A stretch of 64,000 nt of DNA from Paragordius varius (taxonomy: Eukaryota; Animalia; Nematomorpha): NCBI GenBank assembly GCA_964247055.1, contig OZ176053.1, positions 744,001 through 808,000 on the forward strand, in the 5' to 3' direction. The notes under the pieces were generated by a model. It did not search any database and had not been told where the DNA came from. It saw nothing but the letters and a program-made list of their open reading frames with translations. A program made the translations under genes and the position numbers. Shown here one piece after another: positions 25,401 through 36,940 of this stretch. How positions within the stretch are numbered: position 1 is the first letter of the stretch; every line of letters begins with the position of its first letter.

Positions 25401-28400
25401 CTCAACAAAAAAATATTCTATGGATTAGAGCTTTTATTTTGGGTTATCTGTTTAAAAGTTAATTAAAATTTTAATTAAATAAATTATTGCTTCAAACTAA
25501 AATTTATAAAAGTGGTAAATTTTAGCTAATCCCCAAATATACTTTTTACAAAATAATTAATTTTGTTAGTGTTTTGGGCCTAAATACTATAATCAACAAT
25601 TTAGCCCCCATTCGTATTTATTTTTATAAGGCATTTGACACGCTCATTACAGTAAAACTGAAATTATACGGACAAAATGTAAAAATAAAGAGACAAATGT
25701 TTTTTTTAAAAAAGACACTAATCTTACTTTTTAAAGTATGATTTATTTCGATATAACTTATTTTTTAATTGGCAAAGTGTGAAATAAAGATATATATAAC
25801 TAACACAATCAATTCTATATTTTACAATTGTAACTTAAAAGCTTATATTCGAAAAAAAATTTAAAAAAGTATGGTGGTTGTATTTTAGTAAAATATTTGT
25901 CATTATACATTAACGTTTTGTACATAGTATAAGTTTAAATTTTACTGTATTTTTCATATCTGTTATACTTTATCGATAAAATATAATCTTCCACAAAATT
26001 CGACACACTCTATGATTACATTATACTGTAAAAATAAAGATTATTTATTAAAACAAAACGTAGAAGCTAAAAAAAAAATTCAAATTTATTATTCTATTCA
26101 TCCCTTAAATGATTACGATTGTGAAATGTATAATTATGAAAGTATTACCAAAGAACATTTCTTTTCTTTATTTCACCCAAAATGACAATTAGGACATTCA
26201 AAAAAGGTCCAAATTAAGAAAAATAATTGTCTCCATGTTCTAACTAACATTTTTATTTCCATTAAATATATTAATTATTTCAACATTTAACATAGTCGCA
26301 AAAATTGCCCTAATCACTCAAAATGGGCTAGTTACCTTGTGTGCCCTGGGATTTCTCGCCTCATTCCTCATTGCATCTTACAACAATAATAATTCCAATT
26401 ACAATTCCATCCCAATCAAGCGACTCCTTTTATGTTTCATAATTTTAACGGCAGTTTTAGCTGATATTGCCGCCATGATTTCCCACATAATCATGGATAA
26501 GGATTGGGTTGTGATCGTTGCTCAACAACATAAGCTCCAACTTTCAAGTTTGTGATTTTTGCTTCAACAACAGTATTAAAATCAAAAGAAAAATTTATTG
26601 TAAAAATGTTTTAAGTTACATAAGTTCGTTAGGTTTAATAAAGGAATTTAACTGCAATATGATTTTAAAAAAATATAATGTAAGTTTATCAAACAACATT
26701 TAATAGTTTCCATCGTGCTTTTTATAAAATTAAGGAGATTTTTATTCTGAATAATAGATCTCGTAATAAAATATATTTTTAACCTTACTTACAGTAAAAA
26801 CTGAAAATATACGTACAAAACGTAAAAATATAAAGACAAATATTTTTTTTAAAAGACAACCATACTTTTATCTAGATTTACATCAATATAACTCATTGTT
26901 TTAAATAGCATAGTATGAAATAACGATATATATACTAACACATCAATTCTATATTTTACAGTTGTAATTAAAAAGCTTATATGGGAAACATTAAGGTTTT
27001 AAAAAGTATGGTTGTCTTTTAGATAAAAATATTTGTCTTTATATTTTTACGTTTTGTCCGTATAATTTCAATTTTTACTGTAAAAAACGCATAATTTAAT
27101 AATTTAGGTGATTGAAATGTTCCGGGGGGTTGAATTGTTTGAAGGTGAAATTGAAATGTTTAAGAGTGAATATGAGCATATAATATATAATTTAAAACCA
27201 CATAAATAGGTCTAAATGCTCAACTCAAGCGTATCGATTTACTGTGTAACATTTTAACGCCTCTCTTTGCTGGGCAAATCTTAGCCCTGACAACTATGCT
27301 TACCGGAGTGTGTATAGTAATGGGTTGGAACATTTGTTCGGGTTTCTTAGAGTTTTGGCTTATTTCTTCCATTTATGCTCGTGTTCCACGCCTGGCTTAT
27401 AAAACTGATCTCACGTTCGAAGAACAACAAACTAAAAATAAAAATAGCGATTTTCAACTCCAAGCATCATTGGATCGATCAAAACAAGCGCTTCATCATC
27501 ATCATCAAAATATGAATCTCAATAAAACCAAGGTTAATTTAAATACACCGAATTCACTCGAAAGTGAAAATGTTACGTTAATGGAAAAAGATTCTTTAAA
27601 AAGGACTAGAAACAATAATAATGAATCTAAACTGGATGAAAATTTACCCCTTAAGAGTGGAAATAATTTCGATACTCATAATAATGGCGATATTGTCTCA
27701 AATAATTCAAATATTGTCCAAAATATTTCAAGTCATGAATCAATTCCCTCACTTAATATTTATGATGCAGAAAATGCCGAAATATCTTATAATTTGGCTA
27801 AAAATGGAAATGATAATAAATCTTGGATGTGGTCAAGCAAATATTTAAACATGACAAAAATGGTTTCAAAGTAAGACTCACTTTTCAAACTTTTATCTTA
27901 CAGTAAAATTTAAAGATATAAAGCGTATTTAAATATAAGATTTTGAACTTTTTTATTATTTGCACAGTGTTAGAAAGAAATTTGTAGAATTCACACAGGC
28001 ATAGAACTTATATATGGGACAACGTATTCGATATGCTGGCATATCATTAGCCCTTTTGTACCTTACTGTTTTAGGATTCGATTCCATAACTGTCGGTATG
28101 GTTTCTAAAATAAATATTTAAAAACTCAAAAAAAGTACAGTATATAGATTTATAGAGAAAACGTAAAACTTATGGACAAATATTTTCTAAAACAACGCTA
28201 TACTAATTTTTAAATATATTGTTTTAAACTGGATGGGTGAAATATGATAATAATGCACTTGATGATAAAATTTAAATTTGATACTTGATAGTTTTGGTAG
28301 GAAAAACAAGGTTTCAAAATGTATGGCTGTTTTTTTAAAATATATTTGTCTTTTATTTTTTATGTTTTTTCCTTACAATTTCAATTTTTACTCTTAGTTT

Positions 28401-31150
28401 TTTGTTAAACTTAAAACCTGACTAAAACTCTTTTACTTTTCAACTCTCTAAGGTTATGCTTATGCCATGGGAATGACTGAGAATATTATAGGAATCATGG
28501 TAGCTCTTGGGGCTTTATTTGGGATTTTGGGGACATTCGCTTACCCCAAAATCAAGTCGAGATATGGAATTCACAAAGCTGGTGTAATTGCTTTGATTGC
28601 ACAAGTTTATAAATATTATCATATTTAAAAAGGATATGCTTTTCAATTTACCTTCAATTTTTTAGGCTCATAATTTGCATTATTTTTTTAATAAATTTCA
28701 ATTTAGTATAAAAATACTAGAATCATAAAAAAGTTAATCTATAATATAGTAATGCCCTTCCTTGTTTTAAACATTGAATATCCACGAATTTTAATTAAAA
28801 TACATTTTAAGAATATTATTGTAAATGAAAAACACCTTAATAATTTCTAACAATTTTATATGGAAACAGATTTTTACAAGTAATTTTTAATTATTTTAGA
28901 TTACTTGTTTAAGTTTATGCATCATCGCTTTTTGGCTACCCGGTTCTCATTGGTTTCAAAGCAGTGCTACTAAATATTCAAAAGCGGTCATCGATAAAAT
29001 TAATAATTCTTCCGACATAGATAGTGTTTATAATAATGATAGTCGGAACTTTCAAAACTATACTATAGCAAAGACCTTTGAATCAAATACTAAATTTGAA
29101 TCTAAAAAGATTAAAATGATATTATCGGAACACAATAGCCTTGGTTGGCAAGAAAAAATGCGGAAAATTTTTATACGAAACATGAGCCATATTTGGCTTT
29201 TCATATTTGGCATAGTTCTCTCCAGATTAGGTATTATCTGGGTTATACCTATAAATTTTTTATGTGTTTTTGTAAAAGTCATTAAAAATATGGAAAATAT
29301 ATCCAGTTTCAAAATAAAATTATGTTTTTTAACAAATTTGGCCAAATATCAGAATATTGATTGATGATTTTATATTACATTGATATTGTTTGCTCTTTGA
29401 TTGGCTGGCTATAGTTTCATTAGGTATATTAAACACCTTATATATACGCTCATTTTATAGGTCTTTGGATGGCAGATCTAACCCTGAATCAAATTCTACA
29501 GGAATGCGTGGTGGAAAATCAAAAAGGAATCATTAATGGTATTCAACATTCATTAATCATGATTTTTGAAAACGTAAAATATGCTGCGGTTATAGTATTA
29601 CCATCTACCAGTACTTTTGGTTGGTTAGTTATCCTATCTTTCCTATCCATTTGCACAGCTCTTCTGTGGTTTCTAAAATACGTTTCCCAGGTTAAAAAAA
29701 GCAACCTAGTACAAAAAATACCTTATCAATATAAAGAAAAATCGAAACCATTTGAAGTTATAAGAGAGATTTTATTACTTACGAGGAAAAGAGATAAAGA
29801 AACAAAATCAAATATTAAATTTCAATTCTCAAAAACTGGTTCATTATTTTCAAAATCCGAACATTCCAAACAATCCAATCAGTATAAAAAACAACAGACA
29901 CCCAAGATTAATTTCCTAGAAAAAAAGGATAGTATGATTGAGGCTGTTTATGATCCAATAATGACAATACCATGTAACAACCAAGCCACAAAATGAAACA
30001 TATTAGTCTAATCAAAAAATGAAAACTTTTTAAACTTTTTTTTATAATTATTTACACACCTTTTAACTGTGATAAATTTCGTGATCTTTATAATTCTCAC
30101 ACAAAATATAGAAAGAATAGACAAACAAATATTTTTTCGAAAAAAACAACCATATTTTTTAAATTGTGGTTTTTTAAAAAATATAAAACTCATAGTTTGT
30201 AGTGAAATTGCAATTATTTTATAGTTTATGTGTAGGTAAAATGATGATTTTAAAGAGTATGGTTGTTTTTTATTTCTGAAAATATTTGTCTTTTTGGTTT
30301 CAACTGCCTAATTTTATTTTTTACTGTAACTTTACTACACGCACATGAAAATTGCATTTAATATCATTTAAGTAACTTTCACGCCCGTTAATATGTATAT
30401 CATTTATTATTTAAGATTCAATTATTGCATCTTTATGTGTAAAATATATATCAATTAACACAATACAAAAATCACACATTTTTAATACCAATATTCCAAG
30501 TATAAAAGAGAAACACTGAATAATCAATCACATCACAATATAATTATAAATGCACATATCGGATATTATTTGAAATGTAATTAAAATTTAAACCAGGATA
30601 ACCGGACTTATAAAAGAAAACGGATTTAGTTATAGTAAAATTTTGAAATTATAAAGGCAAAACATAAAAAAAATTTATTTTCATAAAGATTATTTTCTAA
30701 TAATTTTTTGTCAATATAACGTATCGTTTCTTGTTGCGATAAGGATAGAAATTAATACACAAAAGATAATTACTATAAAACTAATAGTCTTTAACTTTAA
30801 ATTTTAAAAACTAAGAGATAATTTCCGCATTATTCAATTTGACTTATATTTTGCCTTTATAATTTTAACATTTACTGTATAACAACGGTTTTTTTAATTG
30901 CTTTTAATTTTTTCATGTAAATTAAGGTAAATTTTTCTTGTAAGAAGATTTAGCTTTTGACTGTGATAGTGTCCCAAGGTTTGACACCCCTGACCTGGTA
31001 AGAGGGCACATCATACAGCACATCAGTATAAAGTTCTTCAAGCGGGGGTTCAGGATCTGACGTTGCTTTGGCTGTATCGTCCGCTATTTGTTTGCGGACA
31101 TCTCCATCAATTTTCTGCAAAGTTAAAACGGTAAAATTAGAAAAAAAATA
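22454..31150 (+). repeat. Segmental duplication, copy B (copy A = 1-~10250)
   Basis: Colinear match from window position 1 (=22454) to PDHA's last intron (~10250 vs ~31150). Offset is ~20.9 kb after the copy-A insertion. The left boundary lies outside the window. Confidence 0.95.
23847..29996 (+). pseudogene. SLC40A1: Ferroportin copy B with premature stop codon
   Basis: Exons 23847-23941, 24468-24630, 26296-26547, 27210-27870, 27968-28095, 28453-28604, 28900-29230, 29461-29996. Copy A TGG (7081-7083) is TAG at 28002-28004 in the fifth of these exons. All splice sites are intact. Confidence 0.8.
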
Positions 31151-34100
31151 GTTTAAATATTTAGAGAGAAAATTGACATTTACAGTAAAAATTGAAATTA
31201 TACGGGGGAAAAACGTAAAAATATAAAGACAAATATTTTATCTATAAGTCACCATACTTTTTAAAACCTAAATGTTTCCCATATAAGCAATGTAGTTACA
31301 ATTGTAAGATATACAATTAATTAGGTTCGTAATGTAAATATATATCTATTTCACACTTTGCCATTAACAATGAGTTATATTGATATAAATCAAGAGTTAA
31401 AAAAATGGTTGTTATAAAAAAATATTTGTCTTTATATTTTCAGCTTTTCTCCGTATAATCTCGAGTTGTTACTGTAAGTAGTTAAAGGGAAAAAATATTT
31501 ATGTAAAAGGAAGGATATAGACCATTGATAAATTATAGAAAACCCATAAATATCATTGAATTTACTCATCAAAAATAGATATTTAATTTTTAAGATTTGT
31601 TTTATAAAAAAACATTATAAATTTCGCATCCTACGCCTAATCATTATTGTATTTCCAAACTAAAATTAGGCATTACGCAATTCCGCTAAAAAAGCTATAA
31701 AAATGGTAAAGAAAATCAACAGAAACCTATAAATATTTAACCTGACTTATTATTATTCTTTGTTTTATCTTTTCTAAAAGATATAAAAATAGTAAAGGAA
31801 GATTTTCAATAATTTAACAAAAATGACATACTTGTTTTCATTTTATATTTTGCATTTTCAGTGTTATTATAAATTTAATTTGTATCCATTTTAAATAACT
31901 AATTAGGTATGTATAAATCAATCTCTTCTGTTAACTAAATATGCTAAAGTTTCTAAAGGATACAATAGTTAAAACAAAAATTAAAAATACCTTAAGTTCG
32001 GCCTCAGAAACCAATTTAGCCGATAAAATTTTGTCCTTAAAAGAGGTGATTGGGTCCCGGTGTTGTCGGACCTCTTGAATTTCTTCACGTGTTCGATAAC
32101 TTTTTTTAAACAAAAAAATAACGTTATTATACAATATGAGTAACTATATACTAGAAATATATCAAATATTGCCATCAAATAGCATATTCTTGCAACAAAA
32201 AGAATTATTATTGGGGCTAATAATAGAGTAAAAAGTGAAAAAACAACTATAAGCCAATAATACTGCCCCCTTTGTTGTATATGCTATTTGGCAATAAATA
32301 ACACCTTTCTAGCAATACATAATTACTCATACTGTATTACATTTATATATATACTAAAAAAATCATACATTTAAATCATAGTTGAAAAATTTATAAGATG
32401 TAAATTTAATCTAGTTAGAAATAATAAGGTAAAACAGTACTGCAATGATTCAGAACATTTTAAGGGCATATATAAAACAATAGAATATAATATATATATT
32501 TATAATATAATAATACTTTTGGGAAACATATTTTTTTGAAAAACTATTTTTAATTATAAATGTATATCAATTTAATTTGAAGCAGTTACTGCCACATCTA
32601 AAAAGCTTCAAAAATAGCTACATATCAGGCACTCTCTGTGTGATATTCAGAATTAGCCTATACCAATTCAAACTTAAGTTTAACTATAGTAAAAATTGAA
32701 ATTATACGAAAACGAAAAATAAAGACAAATATTTTTCAAAAAGACAACCACACTTTTTTAAACCTAAATTTTGTCAAAATCATTTTTATAATAAAATACA
32801 TGATTCCTTGTGTTACCAATTTACATTTATATTTTTTGAAATAGAAAACAATCAGTATTAACACTTGTCTTAATATTTTAACGTTTCCGTTATTTTCAAA
32901 ATTTTTACTGTATAAAATCACAAAAAACTTAAAAAACAGTCTCCTTGTAAGAAATTATGAATGGTTGTTTCATTTCTAAAAAATATCTAGAAAAGGCAGT
33001 TTAAAAAGAAAAAAACCCCCCAAAAAGTTTATAAAAACCTGGTTCCAGGGTCACTCATAGAGTGTCCATGATATCGGTAAGTAGCAACTTCTAAAACTAA
33101 CGGACCTGCACCCTTCAGCATATATTGGCGGGCAAAACGTGTCGCTTCGCGTACGCTTAAAATATCCATTCCATCAGCCTTTAGACCCGGAATGTAATCC
33201 CCACGCGTGTAATAATCCGTGGAGGCAGATGCTCTATCTACTGAAGTACCCATACCTTTTGTTTAAAAGTTTTGTGTGAAAAAAATAATTAATCGATGTT
33301 ATCAAACCTATTTCAGGAGCTGAAACATATAGCACAGTAAAAGTGAAATTATATATGGACAAAACGTATAAATATAGAGACAAATATTTTCTTCCAAAAA
33401 GACAACCATCCATACTTTTTAAATCTCGATTTATTTCAATTGTCTTTTAGAAAAAAATATTTGTCTCTATATTTTTATGTTTTGCTGAATTTCAATTTTT
33501 ACTGTAAAGAATGTTTGGACATAGCATGTAAAAAAGGTAGGAAACAAATCAGTTAGAAAAAATATTATTTTAAAACCCATGCACGGCTACAATAAGGTAT
33601 GCATTTTAATGGTTTGTTTATTTCACAGCACTATAGTTGGGTAATTTGCAACACAGTAGTGTATGGAAATAAACTCACAAGTTAGTGAATAAACTATTTT
33701 TTCTTCTTTCTTACACATTACTTTGTTTATGTTATTCAATATTTAGTGGTTTTCCATACACTCCTGCGTTGCGAATTGCCCAACTATAGTGCTGTGAAAT
33801 AATCAAGCATGAAAATGCATATGTAATCTGTGGATGCACGCTCTATCGATTGAATTACATATAATATTTCCATATGGCTATTTGCCTATTACAAATTAAA
33901 GTACAATTTCCTAAGTAAATATTATTTATTACAAACAATGGGGTAAAAATTGAAATTATTCTGACAAAACAAAAAAAAAATTACAAAACAATCATACCTT
34001 TAAAACCTTGATTTTATTATTACTCATCGTTTTGGGTTTCAAATAATGAATAAAGATGTTAGTTGGTAACACACTGAATTATGCTTTTTCCCAATGTAAT

Positions 34101-36818
34101 TATGTAATTTATATGAGAAGAATTAAGTTTTACAAAAAGTATGGTTTACTTTTTTGAAAAATTTGTGTTTAAATTTTCACGTTTATTTGTTTTTATAAAT
34201 TAAATTAATGTAGTAAAAATATTTGAAATATATAAAAAAAGTTTTGAATAAAAAAATGTAAAAAAATAAGTTATTTTTAAAAAACAAATAAAACCATTTA
34301 TTAATTTTTTCTGTATGCAACGTAACGCTAAAAAAAGAAAGTGAAAATAGATAAGTGTTTTATTTACAGTAAAAACTGAAATTATACGGACAAACCGTTT
34401 AGAAATATAAAGACAAATATTTTTTTCTAAAAGACAACAACCATACTTTTTTAAATTTAAATAAAACTCATTGTTTAAATGACAAAGTGTGAAATAGGGA
34501 TATACAATACTAACACAATCAATTCTATTATTTACAACTGTAACTAAATAGCTTATATGAGAAAAAATAAGGTTTAAAAAAGTATGGTGTTGTCTTTTAG
34601 ATTGAAATATTTGTCATCTTTATATTTTAACGTTTTGTCCATATAATTTCAATTTTTACTGTACTTTTTTTGAAAAAATAATTCATTGCCAACAAAAAAT
34701 ATAAATGCATACCAAATCCATTATTTTCACAGACAAAGAGACAAGGTAAATTCCACAATTTAGCCATATTGAATGCTTCATAGATTTGACCTTGATTCGC
34801 AGCGCCATCCCCATACAGCGTTACACAAATATTAGGTTTTCCCTGATATTTCAGGGCAAACGCAATTCCTGCCCCTAAAGGTACCTAAAAACAAGGGGAT
34901 AATAAAATATCAGAGGTTTATATGAAATTACAGTTAATCATAATCCAAATTGAATTTTTTAAATTAATTTACAATATATCGGTGTTTTTAATAATTTATA
35001 TTAATTGGTAATTTAGTTTTGGTGTTATATGCGAAAAATAAAAAAATCATAATTATTAAGCCTATTTCAAAATGCCCACAAAGTAGTAAGTTGTAAGGAA
35101 GAACCTCAACTTTAGTTACATTTAGAAATTACCCTATCTATAAATAAGACAAGTGCATGGCAATCCTGACAAAAATAATTATTTTTTAGGCGCTATTTTA
35201 AAAAAACTCATTATATGTCATTATAAAGATCTTGCAATGAAACATTGATTACTTATTTTTTATTTAATAAAAGTTATTTGTACCTATGATGGAAAATAGA
35301 GCAACTCAAACTTTTATTGCAAAGTTTTTGAAAAGTTTACTCCTATGTATAACAAAAATATAAGAACTATCACTCAAAAAAAGAGATATTGATTATAAAT
35401 AATTTCTATAAATAAAAAGATACTATTACAGGACTTAACAAAAAGAAAGATGATTCAAAAAGATACCAAATTAAAATGAAATTTCCTTAAAAAACCCCAA
35501 AAATCGCTCAAAAATGCTAAAAAACTCATAAAAAAACCTGAGCCCCGACAATCCCATTGCCCCCGAAGAAATTGTGATTGTAAAGATGCATGGAACCGCC
35601 TTTGCCTTGGGAGATACCTGTGGCTTTACCCATCAATTCCGCTATAACCTGATGGCCAGGCACTCCGCGGGTGTAACACCACCCATGAACTCTGTAAGCC
35701 GAAATAACTGGATCGTCTCTCTCGATTGCACTTTCAATACCTACGCAACATGCTTCCTATGCATATTAGTTTGTAATGGTTAAAAAACTTTGTTTTAAAA
35801 AATTGCTTTTAAAGGGCGGGTTTGTTTTATGCAAAACAATGGACTTATTAAATAATTCCCCATCTCGGGGAGAAAATATATGGTTGGTGACTCTGTTTTG
35901 TGGGAAATGAGGGAAAAATTAGATGAAATTTTTTAATTAAATACCAAATAGTAAGTTTGTAAAGTTATCGACAAATCACATTAAAAAATCAATAAAATGA
36001 ACAAATTTTAGTATTTTATTATATGGCATATAATGACCGACAACTTGATAAATTTGTGGGATTAAGCTAAACTTTTAACCTAACACGATTAACTTAGGTA
36101 GGATCTTATTAAAAAAATTAGAAAGGTGCATGTGATAATTATAGGCCTTATTTGAGAAATCTTATAAGAAAGAGCAGCGGCATATATAAAATCAAAATGT
36201 TAGACGGTTTGAAGTCTCACTTTTTATATATGATTCCGGTTAAATTTTTGAAACTTTATTTGAAGCAAAAATTGCCAATTATTCAATTTTTAATGAAAAA
36301 AAATGTTAAAATATAATATATAAGCTTATTTTATTATTTGAAAGTAGAGTTTTCATAATGTGATAAAATGCATAAAAGTTCCAAAAAATATTAAAAAAAT
36401 AAAACAAATAATCCCATCAACCAAAATACCTGTTTAAGAACTGTCGAAAAGATTTAAAAAGACCATTTAAGTTAAAATCCAATTTAAAATTAAAAAATAA
36501 TGATTTTAATTTATGTGCATATAACCTGTCCAGAATATAAATGGCAAAAGCCACGAATTTTTTTCTCCTTATATAGATTTCCACAAGCTGTTTCCATCCT
36601 TCGAATGTATTGCATATCATGATAAAATTTTAAAGCATCTTCGCGTGTCAAAGTAGTTTCCAACGCCGGTCCTGATTCAAGTTTATGTAATTTATAATCC
36701 TAAAACTATGTAAAATATTTGAATACCCTTATACTAAATTTAGCGGAATTTACGGAACATAAGTATCTCTAAAAAATATAATTCAGATAAGAATTACCCT
36801 AAACGTATTACCAAACAT
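30950..36818 (-). CDS. PDHA1: Pyruvate dehydrogenase E1 alpha subunit, mitochondrial (372 aa)
   Basis: Exons 36798-36818, 36727-36768, 36526-36699, 35538-35756, 34713-34884, 33039-33255, 31991-32099, 30950-31114. Motifs: [50 protein letters not shown]...CENN (TPP-binding), [16 protein letters not shown]. Arg-rich N-terminus resembles a transit peptide. Confidence 0.95.
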
Positions 36819-36940
36819 GCTTTTTCCTCTGCCCAATCACAGCAAGCCAAATGAATGAATTATTATTTTGGCTTTTCAATAATGATTATTGTGTTTTCAT
36901 CAGATTTTTTCAAATTTATTAATTTATAATTATATGTTAT
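36819..36940. promoter_or_regulatory. Probable bidirectional promoter shared by PDHA and BRAP2
   Basis: Divergent start codons are 122 bp apart (248 bp if BRAP starts at 37067). CCAAT box at 36833-36837. Confidence 0.6.
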
